From: an uncultured bacterium
GTDB lineage: Bacteria; Patescibacteriota; Minisyncoccia; Phycocordibacterales; GWA1-40-21
Assembly (NCBI GenBank): GCA_903831595.1
Contig: CAIKXY010000007.1
Coordinates: 3,944 to 67,943 of the forward strand
Direction of reading: 5' to 3'
DNA: 64,000 nucleotides
Shown here: positions 8,886 to 18,691 of the stretch, one piece after another
How the letters are laid out: each line of letters opens with the position of its first letter
How positions within the stretch are numbered: the first letter of the stretch is position 1
Translations under genes and position numbers: made by a program
The notes under the pieces: model-generated
Database searches by the model: none
Seen by the model: the letters and a program-made list of their open reading frames with translations, nothing else
Told to the model about the DNA's origin: nothing

Positions 8886-10808
8886 ATGTTTGAGTCTGAT
8901 GAGAAAAAAGATAATATAGAAAAAGTTGAAGAGTCTTTATATTCTAAGACTATTGACAATATTTTTATAAAAAGGAGACATTCTCTACAAGAAGAAAAAA
9001 AGGCGGACGCACCAACAGCTTGGAATGTTAAAGAGGAAGAAGCTGAAAGCCATTTTCAGTTGCCTTATTCAAAAATCCTTTTAGGGGCTTTTATTTTTTT
9101 TGTAATAGCTTTAGGCTTTACTTTTTCTAAATTTTTTCTAGGAAACAATATTGTTTCTGGAAATAACATTGATATTTTAGTAAGTGGACCAGTCTCTATT
9201 GCTGGTGGGGAAGAATTGCCATTAGATATTCAGATTATAAATAACAACAATGTTAATTTAAACAGTGTCGCTTTGAAAGTCGAGTATCCTGTTGGTACAA
9301 AAAGTTCAATCGATCAATCCCAAGATTATCCAAGGTATAGTGAGTTGCTTGGTGATATAAATATAGGTAAGAATCAAAGAAGGCTAGTAAAATCAGTATT
9401 ATTTGGTGAGGAAAATTCTCAACAAGTTGTAAAAATTACAGTCGAGTATCGAACAACTGGTTCAAACGCAATTTTTAGTAAAGAAAAAGATTTTAATGTC
9501 TTGATATCGTCTTCTCCTGTAAATGTGAGTGTAAGTGGACCGACTGAAATTAATTCAAACCAACTTACTGATTTTTCAATTGATGTGAGCTCAAATTCTA
9601 CAAGTATAGTAAAAAATTTAATATTAAAAGCGGAATATCCCTTTGGCTTTAATTTGTCATCTTCTAACCCAAAATCGATAAGTTCTGATGATAGTGTTTT
9701 TGCAATTGGTGATTTGGCTCCAGGAGCAAAAAGAACAATAAGAATCTCTGGCTCTATTACTGGACAAGATGGTGAGCAAAGGGTAATTAAGTTTACTGTC
9801 GGTATACCAAGTAGTAACGATAATACAATAGTAACAACTTCACTTGCCACATACGTTTCAACTATATCATTAAAAAAATCTTCAATAGGTCTTGCTATGG
9901 CAATTAACCAACAGACTGGTGATGATGTCGTTATTGATGTTGGAAGTAAGAACGCAATAAATATTTCTTGGCAGAATAATTTGTCAGAACAAGTTTATGA
10001 TATGGTGATAAAGATAGGGATGAGCGGACAAATATTAAATAAAGAATCAGTGAGTGTGGTAAATGGTTTTTATAATTCTTCTAATAATACAATTGTTTTT
10101 GATAAAGGAGCACAGGGCGGTTTCTCAACTGTAAATCCATCAGACCAAGGAGATTTGGAATTTGATTTTAGTACTTTATATCCATATGCAGGTTCGCCAG
10201 TCCCTTTCGGGAATTCATCCATAAAAATGGATGTTAGTGTCACTGGTAACTTAATTGGCGCTAACGGATCAAAATCACAGGAATTACTTTTTTCTGACAC
10301 GAAAACACTTAAATTATCTTCAAGTTTAAAATTATTATCTCGTGGATTTAGAACCGTTGGACCATTTGAAAATAGCGGACCATTTCCTCCACAAGCTGAT
10401 AATCAAACAACTTACACGATTACATGGACAGCATCGGATTCATTTAATAACGTTACAGGGGCAAAAGTTTCAGCGTTCTTGCCTCCAAATGTTACATGGA
10501 CCGGGTATACTAGCCCAGATTCAGAAAATATTATTTACGATAAGGGAACGGGTGAAGTAGATTGGAACATTGGTGATATGAAATATGGTGTTGGTGTGAA
10601 TTCTCCCGCAAGAACAGTTTCATTCCAAGTTGCGATTATTCCTTCGATTACTCAAGTTGGTCAAGAAATAAATTTGTTGAACGAGGCAACCATAAGTGGA
10701 ACAGATGCATATTCGAAAGCTAGAATAGGTGAGATAAAAAATCCGATCACAACAACAATTACTTCTGACCCAGAATATGTTGATGGAGTGGGTATTGTGA
10801 TTAAATAA
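8886..10808 (+). CDS. Single-TM protein with large beta-sandwich (Ig/DUF11-like) extracellular region
   Basis: ATG 8886 lies 7 nt after TGgTATAAT (8870-8878), so the tracked GTG start at 8844 is unlikely; one TM then repeated beta-rich domains (W.IGD motifs). Confidence 0.75.
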   Translation: MFESDEKKDNIEKVEESLYSKTIDNIFIKRRHSLQEEKKADAPTAWNVKEEEAESHFQLPYSKILLGAFIFFVIALGFTFSKFFLGNNIVSGNNIDILVSGPVSIAGGEELPLDIQIINNNNVNLNSVALKVEYPVGTKSSIDQSQDYPRYSELLGDINIGKNQRRLVKSVLFGEENSQQVVKITVEYRTTGSNAIFSKEKDFNVLISSSPVNVSVSGPTEINSNQLTDFSIDVSSNSTSIVKNLILKAEYPFGFNLSSSNPKSISSDDSVFAIGDLAPGAKRTIRISGSITGQDGEQRVIKFTVGIPSSNDNTIVTTSLATYVSTISLKKSSIGLAMAINQQTGDDVVIDVGSKNAINISWQNNLSEQVYDMVIKIGMSGQILNKESVSVVNGFYNSSNNTIVFDKGAQGGFSTVNPSDQGDLEFDFSTLYPYAGSPVPFGNSSIKMDVSVTGNLIGANGSKSQELLFSDTKTLKLSSSLKLLSRGFRTVGPFENSGPFPPQADNQTTYTITWTASDSFNNVTGAKVSAFLPPNVTWTGYTSPDSENIIYDKGTGEVDWNIGDMKYGVGVNSPARTVSFQVAIIPSITQVGQEINLLNEATISGTDAYSKARIGEIKNPITTTITSDPEYVDGVGIVIK

Positions 10809-10945
10809 AAATTAAAGTAAATTAGAGATAACTTGTCCCGTTACAAATAACGTGACGAATTAAGAAAAAAGACCCAATTTGGATTAAAATAAAAGTAAAA
10901 ATAAGTCGATAAATATTTATAGGCATAAAAAAATTTGTAACTGGG

Positions 10946-12364
10946 ATGATAAAAGAAAAAAATACTAAGGTAGAAAACAATAAAAGAATGGAAGAAATAA
11001 TTTCTCTTTGTAAAAGAAGAGGTTTTGTTTTTCAAGGTTCCGAAATATACGGTGGGCTTGGTGGAGTTTATGACTACGGTCACTATGGAACATTGTTAAA
11101 AAATAATATCAGAGATTCTTGGCAAAAAAGTATGGTTCAAGATAGGGAAGATGTTTTTCTTTTAGACAGTGCTATTTTTATGCATCCAACAACATGGGTT
11201 GCTTCAGGACATGTGGGTAATTTTGATGACCCTTTGGTTGAGTGTAGAAAATGTCACAATAGAATGCGAGCGGATCATATTCTTGAAAGTTTTGGAATCT
11301 CGGCGGATAAAATGCCAATTGATTTTATAAATAAAGAACTAGACAAGCTAAGAGAAGAAAAGAAATTGAAGTGTTCTACTTGTGGACTATCTGATATAAC
11401 ACCCGCAAAAAAGTTTTCCCTTATGATAAAATCAAATTTCGGTTCCCCAACAGATGAATTAAAAGAAGAAAATGTTGTTTATCTTAGACCAGAAACTTGC
11501 GGTGGAATTTATTTGCAATACAAAAATACTGTTGATTCACTACACCCCAAATTACCATTTGGTATTGCACAAATAGGTAAAGCTTTTAGAAATGAAATCG
11601 CTGCAAGGCAATTTATATTTAGAACAAGAGAGTTTGAACAAATGGAAATGCAGTATTTTATTCACAAAAAAGATACAAAAGAAAAATATGAAATGTGGAA
11701 GGAAGCGAGAATGAAATGGTACCTTGACCAAGGAATTTCCAAAGATAAATTGAAATGGTACAAACACGAAAAATTAGCCCACTATGCATCAGAAGCTTAT
11801 GATGTTAAATATGATTTTTCTTGTCTCGGTGGTTTTGACGAGGTTGAAGGAATTCATGCAAGAGGCGATTGGGATTTGTCGCAACACTCAAAATTTTCAG
11901 GTGTCGATTTGAGTTATTATGATGATGAAACAAAAGAGAGATTTACTCCCCATATTGTTGAGACATCAGCTGGATTGAACAGACTAGTTTTAATGTTTTT
12001 AGATAATGCTTACACTGAAGATAATTTGGGTGGTGAAAAAAGACTATTTTTGAAATTGCCTAAACAATTAGCACCAATAAAAATTGCAGTATTTCCACTC
12101 TTGCGAAATAAACCAGCTCTTGTAGAAAAAGCAAAAGAAATATACGAAAATTTGAAGAAAGATTTTATGTGTGAATTTGATGATAATGGAAATATTGGAA
12201 AAAGATATCGAAGACAAGATGAAATAGGGACTCCATATTGTGTCACAATAGATTTTGAGACAATTGAGAAAGATAATATGGTGACAGTAAGGGATAGAGA
12301 TACAGGAAGTCAGGAAAGAGTGGAAATTGAAGAATTAATAAAATATTTCAAAAAAGTATTATAG
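10946..12364 (+). CDS. glyS: Glycyl-tRNA synthetase, homodimeric (alpha2) type
   Basis: KRRGF..SEIYGG, YLRPET, GKAFRNEI, FRTREFEQME, IGKRYRRQDEIGTP; start could be 10988. Confidence 0.97.
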   Translation: MIKEKNTKVENNKRMEEIISLCKRRGFVFQGSEIYGGLGGVYDYGHYGTLLKNNIRDSWQKSMVQDREDVFLLDSAIFMHPTTWVASGHVGNFDDPLVECRKCHNRMRADHILESFGISADKMPIDFINKELDKLREEKKLKCSTCGLSDITPAKKFSLMIKSNFGSPTDELKEENVVYLRPETCGGIYLQYKNTVDSLHPKLPFGIAQIGKAFRNEIAARQFIFRTREFEQMEMQYFIHKKDTKEKYEMWKEARMKWYLDQGISKDKLKWYKHEKLAHYASEAYDVKYDFSCLGGFDEVEGIHARGDWDLSQHSKFSGVDLSYYDDETKERFTPHIVETSAGLNRLVLMFLDNAYTEDNLGGEKRLFLKLPKQLAPIKIAVFPLLRNKPALVEKAKEIYENLKKDFMCEFDDNGNIGKRYRRQDEIGTPYCVTIDFETIEKDNMVTVRDRDTGSQERVEIEELIKYFKKVL

Positions 12365-12407
12365 AATAAAAGGCGGGTATGCGAAGCAAACCCGCCTTTT
12401 ATTCTAT
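12361..12407 (+). terminator. Intrinsic terminator after glyS
   Basis: ATAGAATAAAAGGCGGG...CCCGCCTTTTATTCTAT inverted repeat. Confidence 0.85.
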
Positions 12408-12436
12408 TTGGTCATTTTTTATGATAAAATGGTGTT

Positions 12437-13705
12437 GTGAACTACACTAAAAAGAAATTAAAAAATGGAATGAGAATTATCACTATTCCAATGAAGGAGA
12501 ATCCTACCACAACAGTGTTGGTGCTTGTTGAAACAGGCTCAAAATATGAAAATAAAGAAAATAGTGGAATCTCACATTTTCTTGAGCATGTATGTTTTAA
12601 GGGAACATCAAAAAGACCATCTGCCCTAGAAATTACTAAGGAATTAGACAGTATTGGAGCCCAATATGGTGCTTTTACAGGTCATGAATTTACAGGATAT
12701 TATGCAAAATCTGACTATAAAAATTTGTATACAATACTCGATGTTGTTTCTGATTTATATTTGAACCCGGTTTTTCCAGAAAAGGAAATTGAAAAAGAAA
12801 AAGGGGTGATTATCGAGGAAATAAATATGTATAATGATTTGCCACAAAGTATTGTTGGTGAAGAATTTATGAAACTATTGTATGGAGACACCCCAGCAGG
12901 TAGAAGCATTGCTGGTACAAAAGAAAATATCCAGAAAATGCAAAAAACAGATTTTATTGATTATAGAAGTAAACATTATGTCGCGTCTGCCACAACAATA
13001 ATTGTTGCTGGAAAAATAAATGAAAAAGAAATTGTAAAAAAAATTACTACTGCTTTCAAAGATATAGGTAAGTGGAAAAAAGATGATAAAGAAAAAGTTG
13101 TGGAACATCAAAAATTACCCCATATCGCAGTTCACTATAAAGATACAGATCAAACACACATTATTCTTGGAGTTCGCTCTTTCAATACTTATAATAAATA
13201 CAATCCAATCATAAGAGTTCTTGATGGAGTTTTATCTGGAGGAATGAGTTCTCGTCTATTTCAGAAATTACGAGAGGAAATGGGCATTTGCTATTATGTT
13301 GGTTCAGAAAATAGCACTTTTACTGATCATGGTTTTCTTTCTGTTGCCGCTGGTGTTGATAGTAAGCGAGTAAGTGAAGCCATAACCACTATTTTGTCAG
13401 AAATGAATAAATTAAAAGATATTTTAGTAAAACCAGAAGAATTGAACAAAGTTAAACAATATTTGATAGGTAATTTAAACCTCGGTCTTGAATCTTCAAA
13501 TTCCCAAGCAGGGTTTTTAGGTGGTCAAGAAGTTTTGAGAAAAGATTTAAAAACTCCGGAAGATATTATAAAAGAAATAAAAGCTGTTACAGCCGATGAA
13601 ATAAAATTTGTTGCAGAAAGAATATTCAAAAATGATGGGCTAAATTTGGCTATAGTGGGGAAGTTTAAAGATGATAAAGAATTTAAAAATATTCTCCATT
13701 TTTAA
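12437..13705 (+). CDS. M16 family (pitrilysin-like) zinc peptidase
   Basis: GISHFLEHVCFKGT (HxxEH), EKEKGVIIEE, GGMSSRLFQKLRE. Confidence 0.93.
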   Translation: MNYTKKKLKNGMRIITIPMKENPTTTVLVLVETGSKYENKENSGISHFLEHVCFKGTSKRPSALEITKELDSIGAQYGAFTGHEFTGYYAKSDYKNLYTILDVVSDLYLNPVFPEKEIEKEKGVIIEEINMYNDLPQSIVGEEFMKLLYGDTPAGRSIAGTKENIQKMQKTDFIDYRSKHYVASATTIIVAGKINEKEIVKKITTAFKDIGKWKKDDKEKVVEHQKLPHIAVHYKDTDQTHIILGVRSFNTYNKYNPIIRVLDGVLSGGMSSRLFQKLREEMGICYYVGSENSTFTDHGFLSVAAGVDSKRVSEAITTILSEMNKLKDILVKPEELNKVKQYLIGNLNLGLESSNSQAGFLGGQEVLRKDLKTPEDIIKEIKAVTADEIKFVAERIFKNDGLNLAIVGKFKDDKEFKNILHF

Positions 13706-13754
13706 ATAAAATATTTTGTTGCAATAGGGCTAATATTATGGTAGGATTTCGCTC

Positions 13755-14261
13755 ATGAGTAAAAAAGCAGCAGTTGCAAAAAATAGCGAAGAAAAGATAT
13801 ACGAAGTCGGATATCACATCCTTTCCTCTGTCTCAGAAGAGAATGTTCCAAAAGAAGTAGAAAAAATAAAGGCATATTTGGCAAAAGAAAAAGCAGTTAT
13901 CATTTCAGAAGAAACTCCAAAACTTAGACCTTTAGCTTATTCTATTAAAAAAGCATTCGGTGGTTCTTATAAAGTTTTTGATAAAGCTTATTTTGGATTT
14001 ATCAAATTTGAGCTTGGTATTGATGGAGATATAATAAATATAGATTTAGGTATGAGAAATAACGAATCAATTTTGAGATATATTGTTATCAAAACAGTTA
14101 GAGAAAATACTATGTATTCTCCAAAGATTACTGTGTTCTCAGACAAAGAAGCAAAAATAAAAACAACATTTAAAGAAGATAAAATAGTTAAAGCAGAAAA
14201 AACAGCAACAATTGAGGAAATAGATAAATCAATCGACGCATTGGTGTCAGAAGAAGTTTAA
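13755..14261 (+). CDS. rpsF: 30S ribosomal protein S6
   Basis: YEVGYHI...LAYSIKK...ILRYIVIK; rpsF-ssb-rpsR order; TTGCAA-17-TAGGAT promoter 7 nt upstream. Confidence 0.9.
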   Translation: MSKKAAVAKNSEEKIYEVGYHILSSVSEENVPKEVEKIKAYLAKEKAVIISEETPKLRPLAYSIKKAFGGSYKVFDKAYFGFIKFELGIDGDIINIDLGMRNNESILRYIVIKTVRENTMYSPKITVFSDKEAKIKTTFKEDKIVKAEKTATIEEIDKSIDALVSEEV

Positions 14262-14273
14262 TTTTTTAAAAAT

Positions 14274-14735
14274 ATGTATTTAAACAAAGCATTTCTTTTT
14301 GGAAATTTAACAAGAGACCCAGAACTAAGATCTCTTCCGTCCGGTATTAAAGTTGTTTCATTTGGCCTTGCTACAAACAGAACATGGAAAAATAAAGATG
14401 GTGTTAAGCAAGAAAGTGTCAGTTTTCATAATATAGTTTCTTTTGGTAAACAAGCAGAAATAATGGCTCAATACCTAAAGAAAGGAAGTAGCATTTTTGT
14501 TGAAGGAAGAATTGAAACAAGAAGTTGGGATGACAAAAATGATGGAAGTAAAAAATATAGAACAGAAATAATTGTAGATAACTTCCAATTTGGTCCAAGT
14601 GCGGGCGGAAGAAGTGGGGAAGGTTTTACAAAAAGCCAACCAAACACACCGGCTGAACCAAAAACAAAAGCACCACAGATGGATACGATAGAATATCCAA
14701 CAGAAGAAATTAATCCAGAAGATATTCCATTTTAA
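14274..14735 (+). CDS. ssb: Single-stranded DNA-binding protein
   Basis: LNKAFLFGNLTRDPELR...C-terminal DIPF. Confidence 0.97.
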   Translation: MYLNKAFLFGNLTRDPELRSLPSGIKVVSFGLATNRTWKNKDGVKQESVSFHNIVSFGKQAEIMAQYLKKGSSIFVEGRIETRSWDDKNDGSKKYRTEIIVDNFQFGPSAGGRSGEGFTKSQPNTPAEPKTKAPQMDTIEYPTEEINPEDIPF

Positions 14736-14821
14736 ATAGAAAACGGAGGTCGCTCCTTGAGGAGGAGCGGAGCGACGGGAAAAGGTGAGTCCTCGGTTTA
14801 CAAAAAAATAAAATAAATAAT

Positions 14822-15022
14822 ATGAAACAATGTTTTTTCTCACAAAATAATATCAAGTATGTAGATTACAAAGACGTAGAACTTTTGAAGAAGTTTTTGA
14901 ATCCCCATGCAAGAATGCAAGGTAAAAAGAAAACCAATGTCAAAGCAAGAAGCCAAAGACAGCTTTCTGAAGCTATAAAGAGGGCAAGATACATGGCTCT
15001 TTTGCCTTTTGTCGCAAGATAA
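14822..15022 (+). CDS. rpsR: 30S ribosomal protein S18
   Basis: VDYKDVELLKKF...QRQLSEAIKRARYMALLPF. Confidence 0.96.
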   Translation: MKQCFFSQNNIKYVDYKDVELLKKFLNPHARMQGKKKTNVKARSQRQLSEAIKRARYMALLPFVAR

Positions 15023-15024
15023 TC

Positions 15025-15597
15025 ATGGCTATGCTAGATTACAGTGAAATAGTCCTAAGAAAAATCATCATTCATGATGGTCAGCCTTTTGAAGTGCTTG
15101 CTTCTCATGTATTTAGAAAACAAATGAGAAAGCCGGTAAATGCGACCAAATTAAAAAATCTTATCACTGGTAAAGTTACTGAAATATCTTTTCATCAATC
15201 AGAAAGAGTAGAGGAAGCGGAAATTGAATACAAAGATGCAAAGTTTTTATATCAAAATAAAGGAAAATATTGGTTTTGTGATCCAAAAGACCCCTCAAAA
15301 AGATTTGAAATAGATGGAGAAATTATTGGAACCCCAGCAAAGTTTATGAAAACCAATTCTCTAGTTGAAACGATGATTTTTGAAGAAAAAGTTATTGGAG
15401 TTCAGCTTCCAACGAAAGTTGATCTAAAAGTTACAGATGCTCCGCCAGCTGTGAAAGGAGACACTTCAAGTGGGGGGACAAAACAGATTACTCTCGAAAG
15501 TGGAGCAATTATAAATGGACCATTATTTATTACAGAAGGAGAAATAATTACTGTTAATACAGAGACAGGGGAATATGTGGGAAGAGCAGGGAAATAA
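15025..15597 (+). CDS. efp: Elongation factor P (atypical tip loop)
   Basis: TKLKNLITG, PPAVKGDT, LESGAII, FITEGE.I.VNTETGEYV.R; loop reads HVFRKQMRKP instead of PGKG. Confidence 0.92.
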   Translation: MAMLDYSEIVLRKIIIHDGQPFEVLASHVFRKQMRKPVNATKLKNLITGKVTEISFHQSERVEEAEIEYKDAKFLYQNKGKYWFCDPKDPSKRFEIDGEIIGTPAKFMKTNSLVETMIFEEKVIGVQLPTKVDLKVTDAPPAVKGDTSSGGTKQITLESGAIINGPLFITEGEIITVNTETGEYVGRAGK

Positions 15598-15605
15598 TTA
15601 AATAC

Positions 15606-15637
15606 AAAAGGCGGGGCCGTACGGCCCCGCCTTTTTT
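15606..15637. terminator. Bidirectional terminator; left boundary of the cassette array
   Basis: AAAAGGCGGGGCCG-TA-CGGCCCCGCCTTTTTT between convergent efp and trmB1. Confidence 0.9.
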
Positions 15638-15639
15638 AT

Positions 15640-16383
15640 TTAATCAAACTTCTTTCCCTGATTCCATGCTATTTCAAAAATAATTTTTAGAGAATTTACC
15701 AGCTCAGCAGATTTAATAACAACCGCGAAAGGGTTTTCCTCAAGCGATACTATGGCCAATTTATTTTCATACATAGCAAAATCCATCTTTAAATCGGTAA
15801 CGTCAGCCAAATATCTCACTTCTTGCCCGAGGACCTTAAATTTTTTCATGGCGTCTAAATCAAATTTATTATTTGCTACCAAGTGTTTCCCTTTAAGTGG
15901 AATTAAGCCCTTTTTATAATGTTTTACCCAATCTTCTAGTGCCCCAGGAAAGTGCCTCTCTATTTTTTCATATGAAGATACAAACAATGCTTCCTTAGAT
16001 TGGTTAATTTCTTGGTAGATATTCCAAATTCCTTCCTTATTTTCAATATATGATATTTTTGGTCTATTTCCACTTTTATTATGTAGAGTTCTGAACATCG
16101 GAATCATTTCTGAAAAATCTTTCGTAACAGATTTTAATTGGCTCAATATAACTAGTGGATCTGTTGCTTGGTATGTATTAATTTTTTTGTTTAAAACCAT
16201 ACTGACATAACCTCGTTTAATCAACCCCTCGAGTAGAACGTAAATTATTGAACGTTTTAATTCAGATTTTTTTGCTATGTCTGAAACATCTGCTTGCCCA
16301 AACTCAAGGAGGGCAAGGTATACTTTCGCCTCTTTTTCAGTAAAACCGGCTTTTTCTAAAAGTTTTAATAAATCTGTGTCCAT
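15640..16383 (-). CDS. TrmB-family transcriptional regulator #1
   Basis: GFTEKEAKVYLALLEFG..VSDIA..SELKRSIIY..LEGLIKRGYV wHTH plus C-terminal effector domain; ATG 16383 follows TTGACA-17-TAACGT. Confidence 0.88.
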   Translation of the reverse strand: MDTDLLKLLEKAGFTEKEAKVYLALLEFGQADVSDIAKKSELKRSIIYVLLEGLIKRGYVSMVLNKKINTYQATDPLVILSQLKSVTKDFSEMIPMFRTLHNKSGNRPKISYIENKEGIWNIYQEINQSKEALFVSSYEKIERHFPGALEDWVKHYKKGLIPLKGKHLVANNKFDLDAMKKFKVLGQEVRYLADVTDLKMDFAMYENKLAIVSLEENPFAVVIKSAELVNSLKIIFEIAWNQGKKFD

Positions 16384-16565
16384 ACAGAATACGTTACCAA
16401 TGTTTGTATTATTTGTCAATTTTTTTGATAAATATAAATAAAATAGCCATATTATTAGCCAAAATCAATAATATAATTATCAATATAATTGAACAAAAAT
16501 ATCAATGCGTGTAGCATTGTCTTTTTTAGGCGTAGGTATTATTATTAGTAATTTTTATCAAAGCA

Positions 16566-17687
16566 ATGAATAAAAGAATTAAATGGATTGGAGGGCTTGT
16601 AATCATTTTGGTAGTCATAATTTTGATTGCATCCCAACAATCAGGGCAGACAAATATTACTGGGCCAATTAAAATTGGTGCTATTTTACCACTAACGGGT
16701 GACTATGCCGTATTAGGCCAGGAAATACAGAAAGGAATTGATATCGCTGTTGACGAGGTTAATTCGCAGGGCGGAATAAATAACAGAAAAATGGAAATTA
16801 TTTATGAAGATGGTGGCATGGCAGATTTTCCAAAAATTACCTCAGCAGCTCATAAATTAATTGATGTAGACAAAGTGTATACAGTATTAGTTGATTCACT
16901 TACTACTATGAAACCGATTGCTCCACTTTTCCAACAAAATAAGATTCCTGCAATAATGATTTTTGATAATGCAGAATTAGGTAGTTACATTTTCTCTATA
17001 GGTTTTTCTACTCAAAAAACTGGAGAAAAAATGGCAGATTTTGTTTATAGCAAAAAGAATATAAAAGAAGTTGCAATCGTTGCCCAACTCGATGAAGTAA
17101 TGCAAACACTTTCTAAAGCATTCAAAGACAAATTTGAGAAATTGGGAGGCAAAGTTACTATCCTTGAAAATATCAATCCAAGTGAAAACGATTTTAAGAC
17201 AACAATCACAAAAATTAAAAACAGCAAACCACAGGGTATTTATTTTTCATTTGTTCAAGGAATAGATTTGTTTTTAAAGCAAATAAAAGAACAGAAGCTA
17301 AATTTGCCTATATTTGGTAACGATGCTGTCACGGAAGATGTTATTGCCGCTGCTGGCTCTGCTGCCGAAGGAGTATATTTTGCTAATTTCTATACCAATG
17401 ATAACCCAATACTAAAAAGTTTGACTGAAAAATACAAAGAAAAATATAATGAAGAACCACAGTTACTATTGTTCAATGCTTTTGGTTATGATGGAGTATT
17501 AGTTTTGAAAGAAGCAATTAAAAATATAAAAATCGTATCCCCTCAAAACATAACAGAATCATTGTACAAGATAAAAAATCTTGATACATCTAGTGGAGAA
17601 ACGATCTCTATTTCTCCTGTGGGGACAGTTGAAAGAACTGAGAAAATTTTTCAGATTCAGAATGGTAAGGGAATATCGGCAGAATAA
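16566..17687 (+). CDS. LivJ/LivK-like (HAAT family) ABC substrate-binding protein #1
   Basis: N-terminal TM anchor, IKIGAILPLTG, GGINNRK.EIIYED, DFKTTITKIK, GYDG. Confidence 0.9.
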   Translation: MNKRIKWIGGLVIILVVIILIASQQSGQTNITGPIKIGAILPLTGDYAVLGQEIQKGIDIAVDEVNSQGGINNRKMEIIYEDGGMADFPKITSAAHKLIDVDKVYTVLVDSLTTMKPIAPLFQQNKIPAIMIFDNAELGSYIFSIGFSTQKTGEKMADFVYSKKNIKEVAIVAQLDEVMQTLSKAFKDKFEKLGGKVTILENINPSENDFKTTITKIKNSKPQGIYFSFVQGIDLFLKQIKEQKLNLPIFGNDAVTEDVIAAAGSAAEGVYFANFYTNDNPILKSLTEKYKEKYNEEPQLLLFNAFGYDGVLVLKEAIKNIKIVSPQNITESLYKIKNLDTSSGETISISPVGTVERTEKIFQIQNGKGISAE

Positions 17688-17713
17688 TTTTAAATTACAA
17701 AGGATTTATCTAA

Positions 17714-17758
17714 AACAAAAAGACGAGTTTCCGCTTTGCGGAAACTCGTCTTTTTGTT
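17714..17758 (+). terminator. Intrinsic terminator between SBP1 and livH
   Basis: AACAAAAAGACGAGTTTCCGC-TTT-GCGGAAACTCGTCTTTTTGTT. Confidence 0.85.
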
Positions 17759-17809
17759 GTGATTTTAGCTATTATTTATGCTAAAATTATCTTATTCCTA
17801 TTTATTTAA

Positions 17810-18691
17810 ATGGACATATTCGTACAATTATTAATTAACGGATTGATAGCGGGCGCCATATATTCTTTGGTAGCTTGTGGTTTTTCGCTTATTTATTCAA
17901 CAAACAAATTTATTCACTTCGCACACGGTGGAGTGATTATTGTTTCGTCCTATATTTTTTATACTCTTTTTTCTATTTTACATTTAGAATTTTATCTTTC
18001 TTGTATTCTTGCAATTCTTTTGGCTGGCCTTGTCGGCTATCTGATAAACCAATTTATTTACAAACCCTTCCGAAAAAGAAAAGCCAGCAATTCTATTTTG
18101 CTCATTGCCAGCTTTGGTGTTCTTATCTTTCTAGAATCAATGCTTCTAATTATTTTTGGTGCAAATGTCCAAACAATAGATTATATTCCAAACGCACAAG
18201 GCCTTTCTGTTTTGGGTGCGATTATTACACCGTTACAAATTGTCATAATTATTTCTTCAATAATTCTTTTAATTTTTTTCTATTTTTTTATGAAAAAAAC
18301 GAGAATCGGAAAAGCAATGCGAGCAGTTTCAGACAACCCTGACGTTGCAGAAATAGTCGGTATTTCCGCTAGTAAAATATATGCGTGGACTTTCACGATT
18401 GGTTCAATGGTGGCCGGTATCGCCGCAATTTTAATCTCCCTCGAACAAAATATTGAGCCTAGTATGGGTTCGAGCCTCATGATAAAGGGTTTTACCGCAG
18501 CAGTAATTGGGGGCCTTGGTAGCGTCCCTGGGGCAATATTTGGCGCATTTTTGCTGGGTTTTGCCGAAAACTTTGGTATTTGGTACCTACCTTCCGGCTA
18601 CAAAGACGCAATCGCTTTCGTTCTACTTTTTTTGTTTTTACTTTTTCGTCCAAACGGTATTTTGGGTCTTAAATATAATAATCAAAAATGA
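17810..18691 (+). CDS. livH: Branched-chain amino acid ABC permease LivH
   Basis: QLLINGL..GAIYSLVACGFSLIY..FAHG, KTRIGKAMRAVSDN, KGFTAAVIGGLGS. Confidence 0.93.
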   Translation: MDIFVQLLINGLIAGAIYSLVACGFSLIYSTNKFIHFAHGGVIIVSSYIFYTLFSILHLEFYLSCILAILLAGLVGYLINQFIYKPFRKRKASNSILLIASFGVLIFLESMLLIIFGANVQTIDYIPNAQGLSVLGAIITPLQIVIIISSIILLIFFYFFMKKTRIGKAMRAVSDNPDVAEIVGISASKIYAWTFTIGSMVAGIAAILISLEQNIEPSMGSSLMIKGFTAAVIGGLGSVPGAIFGAFLLGFAENFGIWYLPSGYKDAIAFVLLFLFLLFRPNGILGLKYNNQK

